A stretch of DNA of 64,000 bases from Macrostomum lignano. Lineage: Eukaryota. The stretch is from positions 1-64,000 of the forward strand of contig NIVC01002097.1 in assembly GCA_002269645.1 (NCBI GenBank), in the 5' to 3' direction. Under the pieces are notes generated by a model. It was not told the origin of the DNA, did no database searches, and saw only the letters and a list, made by a program, of their open reading frames with translations. A program made the position numbers and the translations under genes. Below, piece after piece: positions 36,103-48,496 of this stretch (position 1 is its first letter; every line of letters begins with the position of its first letter).

Positions 36103-37424
36103 GGCGGCGGCGACGGCGGCAACTTCAGCTGAAGGCGACTGGGTGCCGGGTGAGGACTCTGCCTCCAACAGCTGCAGGCCCCGGTAGCTAAAAAGGCCGG
36201 ACACGCCGGGGCGAGAGGGCGAGAAAGAGAGGGGCAGAAGAGAGGCGATAGGCTGGGCCGGCAGGGGTTGTGAGCGTGCGGAGGGAGCGGAGAATCTAGA
36301 GGGGGGGGGTAGAAGAAATGGGAAAAGCCGACAGATAGCGGGAAATATGAACGGGAAGACAAAGCCGGGCGGATTTTCCGCGCGCATTGAGAAAACGGAG
36401 GCCGGGGCAGAATGGAGGGACAGAGAAACAGGAAGGCAGACATGCTGCTGAAACTGGCGCGGAGCTTAGAGAATTTAAGGATTTTGAAAAGCACTTTTTT
36501 ATACCTCTGAGCATGCAATTTGGCTTCCTAAAATATCCCGTGCAGCTTTAGCGCCAATTTGGCGGCTGGCTGGAGCTGAACAGGCCCGTAGATAAGCGGG
36601 ACCGACAGAGCTGCGCTTCGGCAATCCGTACATGCGGGCTGTGCACAAAGCGAGCCCAACCGCCGCTGGCCGCTAAGCCATCGGAATGCCGATGAGGAAC
36701 AGCGGAGGCTGGGCGGAGAGGCCCCGGGCTGCTAGCTGCGGCGGGAAGAGTTTGGAAAGTTTGTAAGCGGAGGCTGCGGCGGCATCAGGGAGCTGCGGCC
36801 AGCCTGATAGTGGAGTGGCCGGGGGGGGGGGCTTTGCGCGGATAAAGGATGAAGCTGCGAGGCTGGGAGCGATGGGACTGAAATCCCCAGGACCACAGAG
36901 GGACCATGCGGGGATTTCAGTTGCCGGGCATCTGCAGTTCGGCCAGTCAGTCAGTCATTCTGTGCAGCAAGTTCTGCTGCTGCTTCTAGGAGCAAGCAAG
37001 CAAGCAACCTTGAGGGCGGTGCGTACCCGAGCCAGGGGAAAGGGGGGCGCACGCAGGAAGAGGGGCGAACAGGGGAGCCGCTGCCCGGCATGCGGGCGCC
37101 GCCTGCAGACAGACGGGGGCGGCCACTTCACTTTGTTTGCTCTCGAACTGTACCAAAATCATTTCTCACCTTTGCCGCTTGTCAGCATCTGCAGCCTGGC
37201 TGTATGGAACTGGGAATTCAGTGCAAATTATTTCCTGCGGGGCGGGGATTTCATTTGCCGAGCTGCAGCCTCTGAGCAGGCGGGCTCGAATTTGATTCCA
37301 GATGAGGGAATTGCCGGCCTGCGCTGCGGGATTTGGGCGAATTTGATTCTGATAATGGAAGGAACTCGACCCGAGGGGGTTGAAGACTGGTTGAGTCCTC
37401 GGCTTTGGTGCATTGCTCTGGATC

Positions 37425-38328
37425 TACAGGTCCGGGGTGGCGGAGTGCAGAGCCTCTGATCCACATCTACGGGTCTTAGAGTGGCGGTGTGCAGAGCCTC
37501 TGATCCACATCTACAGGTCATCTACAGGTCCGGGGGTGGCGGAGTGCAGAGCCTCTAGACCCACATCTACAGGCCAGAGAGTGGCGGAATGCAGAGCCTC
37601 TAGACCCTCATCTACAGGCCTGAGAGTGGCGGAATGTAGAGCCTCTAGACCCTCATCTACAGGCCTGAGAGTGGCGGAATGCAGAGCCTCTAGACCCTCA
37701 TCTACAGGTAAGTCTGAGAGTTGCGGAATGCAGAGCCTCTAGACCCTCATCTACAGGTAAGTCTGAGAGTGGCGGAATGCAGAGCCTCTAGACCCTCATC
37801 TACAGGTAAGTCTGAGAGTGGCGGAATGCAGAGCCTCTAGACCCTCATCTACAGGTAAGTCTGAGAGTGGCGGAATGCAGAGCCTCTAGACCCTCATCTA
37901 CAGGTAAGTCTGAGAGTGGCGGAATGCAGAGCCTCTAGACCCTCATCTACAGGTAAGTCTGAGAGTGGCGGAATGCAGAGCCTCTAGACCCTCATCTACA
38001 GGTAAGTCTGAGAGTGGCGGAATGCAGAGCCTCTAGACCCTCATCTACAGGTAAGTCTGAGAGTGGCGGAATGCAGAGCCTCTAGACCCTCATCTACAGG
38101 TAAGTCTGAGAGTTGCGGAATGCAGAGCCTCTAGACCCTCATCTACAGGTAAGTCTGAGAGTGGCGGAATGCAGAGCCTCTAGACCCTCATCTACAGGTA
38201 AGTCTGAGAGTGGCGGAATGCAGAGCCTCTAGACCCTCATCTACAGGTAAGTCTGAGAGTGGCGGAATGCAGAGCCTCTAGACCCTCATCTACAGGTAAG
38301 TCTGAGAGTGGCGGAATGCAGAGCTTCT
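37425..38328. repeat. Minisatellite, 49-bp unit containing CAGGTAAGT; degenerate copies at the left end
   Basis: GAGAGTGGCGGAATGCAGAGCCTCTAGACCCTCATCTACAGGTAAGTCT repeated. Confidence 0.95.
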
Positions 38329-39784
38329 AAAGGCCTCCATTTAGATTCACCTCTAGATTTCGCCTCTAGATTTGCATCCGGCCTGACGTACTGTAAATGA
38401 CTAGGAGTCTAGGCAGGGGGGTTCTGAAATCTTTGTTTAGAATTCACTGTAAAATTCACTATTTAGAGAGAACATCGAATCTCCTCAGACGGAAATAACT
38501 GAAAAATTGATAGTTGCTTTTTTATTGCAAAATCGCCTATGAATGGATGGTCTTATAGGAGGCTTAGGATTTTGTAATACGACTATAAAATGAAAGCGCA
38601 TGTAATAAAGTCGTTTTTTAATTAAATATCTGGAGGAGTACGAGTATAGAGAATGTGAAAGTGATTTAGAATTTGTGTCAGCACCAGGACTGGGCGAGTA
38701 TATTGGTCCAGTCTTGAGACTTAACTACTTTAGTTCAAGTAGTCCCTGCATAATATCTGCAGGGAATGCAGCGTCGCACCTACCTACCGACAGACAATTT
38801 TTAGTATATGGATTCTGAAAGGCAAAATAAAATTCAGTTGCGGGACTGCATCGCTCCAACTTCCTCTCGGATGGCCCCGTACGATCTGCATGGCCCGCGG
38901 CCTCCCCAGCTTACATGTACGAGCTACTATTAAATTTTAGCGAATCTGCAGTATTTTAATACGGCCCGTAATACAATAACAAGTCCAAACTGGTTCACAA
39001 AATAAAATAATGCTTTGAAACGATTTAGCTATATATTCGCTTGAAGCGCTACTAAAAGTATAGTTAGCTGTGAAATCCGGTGGAATATTCAATCGAATCG
39101 AAATTTCCAAAACTTGACTGCACATCCATCGATTCTGAGTCGAATTTCCCACTGGATTTGTATTTCAATATTTACGTACGCGCATTAACTTCAAGCACAT
39201 CTATTGCTGCTATTGCAGTACATGAACACATTAGCTCGTATTATTCAAATATTTCTTTTGTGCAAGGTGCTTGCGGCTACAACAGTATTGCAATATAGTT
39301 GCACCACATGAACCTGGCACTGGAACCTGTGGAATTTCTAACTTAGGCGCATAATTTGTTTCAAAATAGCTCATTGCCGCACAACACCAATGAGGAACCA
39401 AACATGACTCATTAATAAGAACGAGGTACTACCTTGTCAGAAATAAAATGCATGAGATTCGGAACCAACTGTAAGGCACTTATTTAGAACAATATAATGT
39501 TATAAATAAGGAACCCAGCTGGCGTGTGACTCATGTAGTTAAAGTGACACGGAACCAAATTAACTACCGAAAGTTCTGCATGTTCCTTGTTATATTAAGC
39601 TTTCTACGATGTGAAATTTCGCTTTTCTGAAGGACCATGCAGTCGTTTTCGGCGTTGTAAAATTGGTCTTATAAGCTAGAAATTTCATGGTTAATATGAG
39701 TGTTTTGTGGGCCATTTTCATGGATTTCTATTTAGAACAGATGGTTAGGGCTCGGCCTGGAGACATGGAAGTGACACCCCCGGT

Positions 39785-40305
39785 CCATAGTAGCCAAAGT
39801 GTACATGTTCATAGTAGCCATAGTGTACATTTTCATAGTAGCTAAAGTGTATGTTCATAGTAGCCATAGTGTACATGTTCATAGTAGCCATGGTGTACAT
39901 TTTCATAGTAGCCATAGTGTACATGTTCATAGTAGCCATGGTGTACATGTTCATAGTAGCCATAGTGTACATTTTCATAGTAGCTAAAGTGTATGTTCAT
40001 AGTAGCCATAGTGTACATGTTCATAGTAGCCATGGTGTACATTTTCATAGTAGCCATAGTGTACATGTTCATAGTAGCCATGGTGTACATGTTCATAGTA
40101 GCCATGGTGTACATGTTCATAGTAGCCATGGTGTACATGTTCATAGTAGCCATGGTGTACATGTTCATAGTAGCCATGGTGTACATGTTCATAGTAGCCA
40201 TGGTGTACATGTTCATAGTAGCCATGGTGTACATGTTCATAGTAGCCATGGTGTACATGTTCATAGTAGCCATGGTGTACATGTTCATAGTAGCCATGGT
40301 GTACA
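39785..40305. repeat. Minisatellite, 24-bp unit CATAGTAGCCATGGTGTACATGTT, ~21 copies
   Basis: Direct reading. Confidence 0.95.
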
Positions 40306-40439
40306 GAGTACTCAGCTTTATTGCTGAACCACATGGAATTTTGATCGCAAATAAACGCCTAACAACAACAACAAAATACACCTCGCGCTGGCCACGAGTG
40401 GCCACAGAGTGGGGAGGTTTCAGGACACACGCCTTTGGG

Positions 40440-41170
40440 TCGCACTTCTCTCGGGCAGCACACGCCGAACGCAGAGCGCAGAATCGCAGAGTGCGCGGCG
40501 TCCAGCTGCTTTTCCGGGGCATCCGTCGGTGCCCAGGTCTCAGCGTTGTAGAGCAGAACAGTCTCGACGACTGCCCGAAACAGCTGTGCCCTGGTCCCGT
40601 CATCCAGAGCCTCAGATCACAGCACTGGGTGCACTGAGCGTAAGGCGGCCCAAGCCAGCCCGCGTCTTCTTCTCATGTCGCTGGCGATGTGCGGCACGAG
40701 TCCGCAGAGGTACACAAAATGCTGGCAGCGTGGAAGTGGGGTCTCATTTCCCGCAGCATCTCGGTAGGTATAGGTCCAGCGGCATAGTGAGTGCTTCAGC
40801 GTGAGGCCGACCCTTGTTGCCGCTTTCGTCAAGCCATCCAGAAGCTGTTGGGCGCCTTCGACTGTTGAAGACATCAACGAAAGGTCGTCCGCGTACGTGC
40901 TCGTAGCCGAGCACACAGAGACGCTTCTCCGGAGGCTGACTCATGCGGCGTCTAAGCATGAAGCCATTGCCGGTCCTCAGTACCCAGTCCAGTACCAGCA
41001 CAAATAGAAAAGGCGCCAGCGTGTCAACTTGAAGCAGGCCCGAAGACGTGCCAAACTCGTCTGACAAAACCGTCTGGCGTGACTACCGCAGCGGTGGTGT
41101 CCTGTTACGCTCGCACATCGACGCCATACGGCGGAAATCAACTGCTGCGGTACGTTATACGCTAGAAGCA
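40440..41170 (-). pseudogene. Decayed non-LTR retrotransposon reverse transcriptase (RTE-like)
   Basis: Fragments across frames: LLAYNVPQQLISAV; GLLQVDTLAPFLFVLVLDWVLR (RT motif GVLQGDTLAP); YADDL; FVYL; LFRAVVETVLLYNAETW. Confidence 0.85.
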
Positions 41171-41656
41171 CAAGAGGCAGCGCAGTCTTTATCTTCTCCC
41201 ATATCAGACAGAAGCAAAAGCAACTTGAAGAGCAGCAAACTACTTATTTAGAGTTTCCAAGAGTATCGAACAGGCAGAAATTGAATGGCCAGAATCAATG
41301 CAATTTAACTATAGTTTTACTGCCAGATATCAGGCCACTGCTGGATAGCCAGTCACTTATATTTGAAGATTAGAAATAATTCAACAAGTCCATCAGGAGT
41401 CGCACAACTCAGAATAATCATTATAGACTAGACTATATGAAAATCCTCTTCTATATCCGCTTCTATCCAAGCTCGGCTCGATTAAGCAGGCTTTTTAATT
41501 ACTGCAGCCATTATTGCAGAACGCTCCGGTTAAAACCGCTACACGCAACTACTAAGGTGCGGCACCGTTTTCTAAAGAAACTATTTCTGACCTAATTTTG
41601 TTTTCCTCAACCACACAAAGGGCAGCTATGAATCACTCCTGGGAAAGGCTTGTCTT

Positions 41657-41880
41657 CAACTGACACTTATCTGACACTGCTCTACACTGAACTGACACTT
41701 ATCTGACACTGCTCTACACTCAACTGACACTTATCTGACACTGCTCTACACTCAACTGACACTTATCCGACACTGCTCTACACTCAACTGACACTTATCC
41801 GACACTGCTCTACACTTAACTGACACTTATCCGACACTGCTCTACACTCAACTGACACTTATCCGACACTGCTCTACACT
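41657..41880. repeat. Minisatellite, 32-bp unit TCAACTGACACTTATC(C/T)GACACTGCTCTACAC, ~7 copies
   Basis: Direct reading. Confidence 0.9.
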
Positions 41881-41953
41881 GATGCGACACAAGCTGACAC
41901 TTATGATTGCAGTGTCAGATGAGTGTCGGGCAGTGTCAGACAAGTCTCAGTTA

Positions 41954-42173
41954 AGTGTCTCGAGAGCGCGAGATTTTCCCGGAGCGAGTATTTTCCGCAA
42001 GGAGGATTTCCCGCAGCGAAGATTTCAGGCCCTGATACTTTAATAAGCCCTAGAATTTCGAATCTCTAGTGACCAAATACTGACTGCAAAACCATGGCGG
42101 AAAGACCTCGCTACTGGAAATCCTCGTTGCGGGAAATGCTGCCTGCAGGAAAATCTCGTGCTCCCGAGACACT
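41954..42173. mobile_element. Small foldback/MITE-like element with ~75-bp imperfect inverted arms
   Basis: AGTGTCTCGAGAGCGCGAGATTTTCC (41954-41979) versus the reverse complement of 42148-42173: 24/26 identical; arms extend inward. No TSD identified. Confidence 0.55.
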
Positions 42174-42244
42174 CAGACACTTATAGATCGAAGTGTCACG
42201 ACAGTGTCAGATGAGTACCAGCAGGCAGTGTCAGGTGTGCAAGG

Positions 42245-43380
42245 GCATTAATGACCCCCTTTTGGAAAAACATTAATGACCCCCCCCCTAGCGAAAGGAC
42301 ATTAATGACACTCGTAGCGAAAGGAATTTAATGACCCCCTAGGGAAAGGAAATTAATGACCCCCCCCTAGGGAAAATATATTAATGACCCCCCCCCTAGG
42401 GAAAGGACAATAATGACACTCATAGCGAAAGGAAATTAATGACTCCTTAGGGAAAGGGCATTAATGACCCCCTAGGGAAAGGAAATTAATGACCCCCCCT
42501 AGGGAAAGGACATTAATGACACCTTAGGGAAAGGGCATTAATGACCCCCTAGGGAAAGGACATTAATGACCCCCCTAGGGAAAGGACATTAATGACCCCC
42601 TCCCTAGGGAAAGGACATTAATGACCCCCCTCCTAGGGAAAGGACATTAATGACCCCCCCCCTAGGGAAAGGACATTAATGACCCCCCTAGGGAAAGGAC
42701 ATTAATGACCCCCCTAGGGAAAGGACATTAATGACCCCCCTAGGGAAAGGACATTAATGACCCCCCCCCTAGGGAAAGGACATTAATGACTCCCCCCTAG
42801 GGAAAGGACTTTAATGACCCCCCTAGGGAAAGGACATTAATGACCCCCCTAGGGAAAGGACATTAATGACCCCCCTAGGGAAAGGACATTAATGACCCCC
42901 CCTAGGGAAAGAACATTAATGACCCCCCTAGGGAAAGGACATTAATGACCCCCCCCCTAGGGAAAGGACATTAATGACTCCCCCCTAGGGAAAGGACATT
43001 AATGACTCCCCCCTAGGGAAAGGACATTAATGACCCCCCCAGGGAAAGGACATTAATGACCCCCCTAGGGAAAGGACATTAATGACCCCCCCTAGGGAAA
43101 GGACATTAATGACCCCCCTAGGGAAAGGATATTAATGACCCCCTCCCTAGGGAAAGGACATTAATGACCCCCCCTAGGGAAAGGACATTAATGACCCCCC
43201 TAGGGAAAGGACATTAATGACCCCCCCCTAGGGAAAGGACATTAATGACCCCCCTAGGGAAAGGACATTAATGACCCCCCCTAGGGAAAGGACATTAATG
43301 ACCCCCCTAGGGAAAGGACATTAATGACCCCCTCCCTAGGGAAAGGACATTAATGACCCCCCCCCCCTCTAGCGAAAGGA
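42245..43380. repeat. Minisatellite, ~26-30-bp unit CATTAATGAC(C)nTAGGGAAAGGA, ~40 copies
   Basis: Direct reading; variable poly-C length. Confidence 0.95.
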
Positions 43381-43513
43381 AAACGCACTTATTTCAAGCC
43401 GGCTACGATCTAAGAATTTTATTGAGTTGATGTTCACACCAGGCCAACAGAGGCGATTTCACTAGCGATGCCGAAATCTCTGGCTTCAGTGCAGACGAAT
43501 AGCGCAGTTGCCA

Positions 43514-43636
43514 TTAGGAAACGAAGGCGCGCACGAAGTTGTCCGCGTTCTGGCCGCAGTTGATAGCCGGGCAGGTGCGAGCGGTGCGGCTGCACTGCAT
43601 GCAGAGGCTGAGATGGCCGCAGGGCAGGCACACAAT
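43514..43636 (-). CDS. IAP (inhibitor of apoptosis) last exon: C-terminal half of the RING finger
   Basis: ccccttag|ATT; translates IVCLPCGHLSLCMQCSRTARTCPAINCGQNADNFVRAFVS* (IAP-type RING); not shown in the ORF track. Confidence 0.88.
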   Translation of the reverse strand: MVCLPCGHLSLCMQCSRTARTCPAINCGQNADNFVRAFVS

Positions 43637-43756
43637 CTAAGGGGATCGGAGGCAATAAATATGAATGGCTCGTCTGTTCATTGCTGCTCAGCACCTGGAG
43701 AGCAGCCCGTAGAGGCGGTTGCAAGCAGTTCAAAACTGGCTGAAACGCACTGAATT

Positions 43757-44022
43757 ATATCTCAGTCCATCCTACATTCTATCTCAGTCCATCCTACATT
43801 CTATCTCAGTCCATCCTACATTCTATCTCAGTCTATCCTACATTCTATCTCAGTCTATCCTACATTCTATCTCAGTCTATCCTACATTCTATCTCAGTCT
43901 ATCCTACATTCTATCTCAGTCCATCCTACATTCTATCTCAGTCTATCCTACATTCTATCTCAGTCTATCCTACATTCTATCTCAGTCCATCCTACATTCT
44001 ATCTCAGTCCATCCTACATTCT
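43757..44022. repeat. Minisatellite, 22-bp unit TATCTCAGT(C/T)(C/T)ATCCTACATTC; continues at 45049-45155 after the Harbinger insertion
   Basis: Direct reading. Confidence 0.92.
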
Positions 44023-45048
44023 GGGCCGTATGAATAAAACGTGAGAAAATCTTTAAAGATTATCTTTCGAGCCAAGAATTTCTTTAAAGAAATTCTTTTC
44101 CGGCAAGAAAATCTGTTGGAGAAAATCTTACGAGTCAAGATATTCTAGAAAAGACATGAATAAAAGTTTCTCGGCTCGTGAGATTTTCTCGGCGACTGCC
44201 ACTTGGCTGAAAGTTGTCTAGGGCCCTAACCAAGATGTCGGTGACGTGGAATCGACGGCCGTCTCCTCAGGCTTGGGCGCAGCCCATGCTGTGTCTATGG
44301 CTAAAACCACGTGAACACCGAAAATCCGTCCAGAAAAATCCTACTAGAAAGTGGCAAAATCCATGTGGAGTTTACCTGAACATCAGGTGACAGGAAAGTC
44401 ACTTTGCTTTGAAATTTTACCCTGAGATTGAGCGTCCTGGCATCGAATGGTTGCCAATTTTTTACATGTATATCGTGATTACTCTTTGCAGGAGCCCAGA
44501 AACAATGCCCAGAAACACCTGTCTCCTTGGCAACACCGGATTGAAAGCCAGGGTTGCTCAGGTACCGCAGCGTGATCTCCATCTTCTGTTTCGGTGTCAG
44601 CGCACCGCCCCTTGTCTCGGAAGTATGTCCTAGGAAGCGCGTTGTCAGAAAGGTCACGTGATCCTCAGTGAATCGATGAAGCTGTCTATTTGTCTCCACT
44701 GGAGTGGCCTGTCGGGGCAGGTACTCCTTGGTCTTTCTGATCTGAAGGAACATCTCGTGTCTCGTGTTATGGGCGCTGAAGATTCGCTTGAGCCAGAGAA
44801 AGAGTTGCTCGCATAAAACTCAAGTGTCGGCTCTCTCGGCGAGAAAATCACGTCTTTTATTCATCAGAAAGCAAGAAAATCTTTTCCTCGTGAGATTTTC
44901 TTGCCGAGCAAATCTTTTCTTGTGAAAGCTCGAGATTTTCTTGGCGAGAAAATCTTGCAAGAAACTCGCAGTTTTTTATTCTTATAAACGCAAGAAATTC
45001 TTGGATTTCTTGCAAGAAAAAAATTTCTTTTTTTTATTCATACGGCCC
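44023..45048 (-). mobile_element. Non-autonomous PIF/Harbinger DNA transposon (1026 bp) with a truncated transposase fragment
   Basis: TIRs GGGCCGTATGAATAAAA / TTTTATTCATACGGCCC; 3-bp TSD TCT; ORF 44301-44753 contains RFTEDHVTFL...RGGALTPKQKMEITLRYLSNPGFQSGVAKETGVS (Harbinger transposase N-terminal HTH), no DDE core. Confidence 0.9.
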
Positions 45049-45223
45049 TCTATCTCAGTCTATCCTACATTCTATCTCAGTCCATCCTACATTCTATCTC
45101 AGTCTATCCTACATCTAATCCCAGTCTATCCTACATCTAATCCCAGTCTATCCTACTATTTACACTCATCAGTGCAATCCAGTTTAATATTCCACTCATA
45201 TCGGATCATTCTCATTCGCTCAC

Positions 45224-45766
45224 CTCCACATCGCGGGTGTTGCACTGTCGGCAGCGGCTGCCGGTGCCTCTGCCAGTCTGATTGCCCTGCTGCTGCTGCT
45301 GCTGCTGCTGCTGTTGTTGATTGCTCTCGAAGTGGTCGGGCGGCCGGCCGCCCAGGTGCCGATAGAACTCGCGCAACACGGCGGCCAGATCGTGCTTGTC
45401 GTTGAAGTGCGGCGGATCCGCCGGGTTGTCGGCCATCTCCCTGTCCCACTCCTTCTGCATCTCCACAACCAGCTCCTGGCGGGTGTACTTCTGCCTGAAC
45501 CGGATGAACTTGCGGGCGATGCACAGCAGCACTTTCGTATTGCTGAAGCCAAGCCGGCAGACCAGGTCAATCTGCGGGCTGGTGAGCTCGTCACCGAGGA
45601 TCTTCATGAGCTGGTTGTGGTCCTGGCGGGTGTATGATGTCGGGTAATTGGGCGGTCGCTCCGACATTGCCCGCAGCCGCTCCATGCCGCGGGAGCTCTT
45701 CAGAAAGAAGCAGAGCGGGCTGAATTTCACGTGCTCTTGCTCGGGATGGTCGCCCTGGTCCCAGTC
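45224..45766 (-). CDS. IAP middle exon: end of BIR, UBA-like domain, poly-Q, first RING CxxC
   Basis: cccgcag|GAC acceptor, GAG|gtgagc donor, 543 nt phase 0-0; DWDQGDHPEQEHVKFSPLC; SPQIDLVCRLGFS (UBA-like); CRQC. Confidence 0.88.
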
Positions 45767-46562
45767 CTGCGGGAGGAGCGCAGTTGGATTCAGCCAGATT
45801 TGAACGCAACGCACAGAACAATAGTCCAATAGAAAACTGCCAGTTTAGAGCAGGTAAACTGCTTGTTTAAAAGTTCAGCACTTTATACTCTTGCTTAACG
45901 ACATCCAAATTTATCGCGGGACATTTATTTCTAGGAAAATTGAAGGCTTAAGCTTATCCGAAAAGTGACACGACTAAGACATGGTTTCGTATTCTGTTAC
46001 ATTGGTTTCTTGAGTATACAGAATGAACCCCAGATCGAAAATTTTATGCTCGCAGTATCTAGCTGGGCCAGACATGTACACTCTATTTTGTCTATGGCAA
46101 AAGCCCATCTGCAGGCCGATGCTATTGCTGAGCAATCCAGCTTTGTTTGATGTCAAAAATGAAATTTCTGTTTGTCTGCTTCTGGGGTGATATTTCCTTC
46201 TGAGGGGGCAGACTGTTCTTAGTTAACCTGCTGAGGAAAAAGAGCTCTAGAGAAGAGGTCAGAAAACTCCGGCCCGCGAAGCCTCTCTATCCGGCCCTCG
46301 GGTCCATTGAAACTTCACAATAGCAATCCAGACCGCTTAATGTTTGTCTCTTCTCTCCTCTCTCCCCTATCTCCTCTCCCCCCTCTCCCCTCTTGTTTTT
46401 TATTTCGTCTATTCCCTCCTCTTTCCTCTCTCATCTGGCCCGTAGCCATGAGCTGGATTCTTCATCGGGCCCTTGAGGTAAAAAAAAGTTAGCCGACCCC
46501 TGCTCTAGATAAAGAAAGGAGAGCTGACTAATAGCGGATGTTTATTTATACTTGACGCTTAC

Positions 46563-46898
46563 CTTCAGGCCAAGGTCGCAGAAAAAGCACTTCACATGGT
46601 CCTCTTCCATGAGATAGAAGAAGCCGCTCTCAACCATGTCTTCTTTAGTCTGGCTCTTGCCCAAGTAGTCCCAGTTCCCAATCACGAAGGAGTCCATGCG
46701 AGCTTTCCTGGTCACAAAGCGCAGGGTGCTGGGGCTGGATGTCAGGTACACCACGGCTGTCAGGGCTTCGTACACATCCAGCAGCCTTGTGGAGTCAGCC
46801 AAGGGTCGCATCCTATCGGCCAGTTTAGTAGATATCTCAGTAGCCGAGTCCTTGAGGATCTGGCGCAGACTCAGATCTAAGCTAATGTCGCCACTCAT
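46563..46898 (-). CDS. IAP BIR-domain exon (5' boundary uncertain)
   Basis: ARMDSF..W...EDMVESGFFY...DHVKCFFCDLGLK|gtaagc; spliced spacing C-x2-C-x16-H-x6-C is the exact BIR zinc signature. Confidence 0.85.
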
Positions 46899-47987
46899 TG
46901 CATGCACAGTTTGAGATGCTGCACTGTTATGGCAAACTTGAATTGGTCTGCAAAGTTGGAGGCCAATGCTTGCACAGCTTGGGCTTTTGTATTTTGGCAT
47001 TCCAGATCCCATTAAATTTAAGTTCAATATTGTTTGTAGTTTTATTTTTTTAAATATATGTATAAGTTTATATTTATTGGGATTATGGGAAATTCAATCA
47101 ATACTTCTATTACTATTACTATTAATTAAAATTCAAGTATTATTCACAGGTGTGCTGGCTATTAATGCTGTTTTTAATCCATAGGAAAACTGCCATGCAG
47201 AAATATCCATTTATAGATAATGATGACTTGAATGATAAGCTAAAATTCTATATTTGCATAGAGATCTAAGCAGTATTAGTGCAATACCTAAGGTTTAAGC
47301 ATCCCAAAAGTCCTTTTAGTAATTGTAACAAATAACTAGAATTTAAAGAATACTATAGTCTTTGGAAATAACATCCTTTGGCTATAATCATATATAGCTA
47401 GCATACTATTTGAATTTTTTACTCTGTCAATAGTGCTGGAATCATACAAATATTAGAGAACTTGGATGATTATGCCAAAAAGCTCATCTATATAATAGTA
47501 GTAGTGATAGTCTCACTTTTTTTACAAATTTGTTACATAACATATATTATAATTAGCTATTTATTTATATATATATGCTAGGCCTAATCTAACTAGGTCT
47601 AGCATATTTGAATTGTTCATTTCTACATGTTTTATAGGAATTATAGGCCCTTAGGCCCTGTATTAGGTGCTTAGCCTAGGTAAGCCCTAGGCCCTAGTGT
47701 ATAGTTTTATAGGCCCTAATTAGGCCTTAAAGTAGATTATAGATTTTTATATATAGGAAATAGAAACAGTGCAAAAATGCTATTGCCATTGCCACTATGT
47801 CATAGACTGTCTTTCAAAAAATTATTCTGGGATACATTGTGCAATATGTCTATGATTATGGCTTCTTGATAGTCAACTATTGCATTGGGTATAGGGCTAT
47901 AGGGTTACTATTACTAATACTAATAGATACCTACTATGCAATAGGCAAAACAGGCAATGTTTGCATATTAAATAGGCCTATATTTAT

Positions 47988-48496
47988 ATGGCAATGTCCT
48001 AGTTTCCCACTGTATTAAATTATTTAAACCCAAAATTTGAAACAAACAAACAAAAGCAAACTTATTAAAGATTTAAAATGAGTCTTAAGTCTTAAAAAGA
48101 GTACTACATGGCATAGTAATGTGTCAGTCAGTATAAAAAGTTGCCAAAGCTCTTTTTTGGGTAGAGTTAGCACCAGAGAAACTCACTGAGGTGGGAGTCA
48201 AAAAGGTTCGTCACTGGTGCCATGCTGACTACAAAACTTTGCCTTCACATGGGCCTAGTTGCCTTCAATGGTATGCAATTCAGAAACCCTGTATATATAT
48301 AGAATAGGCCTATAGGCTATATATACAGAAAAAAAGAAATAAAAAATAGCATCCAGATAGCATTTAATAGGGCCTAGAATTTTCAAATAGAAAACATTAT
48401 ATTATATATATACATATATAATAATATATGTATAACTTGATAACAAAAACCAGGTCAAAATAATTTAATGCAGGAAACTAACTAGGACATTGCCAT
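47988..48496. mobile_element. MITE-like element (509 bp), 17-bp TIRs, TTAT direct flanks
   Basis: ATGGCAATGTCCTAGTT at 47988 and AACTAGGACATTGCCAT at 48480-48496; TTAT on both outer sides. Confidence 0.6.

Noticed and set aside
34975-36387. 470-aa ORF as the complete 5-HT7-like protein
   Set aside because: It includes a non-ATG 5' extension and read-through into intron 1 and lacks TM7, which lies in exons 2-3.
39745-40637. His/Tyr- and Met-rich ORFs
   Set aside because: Translations of the 24-bp minisatellite.
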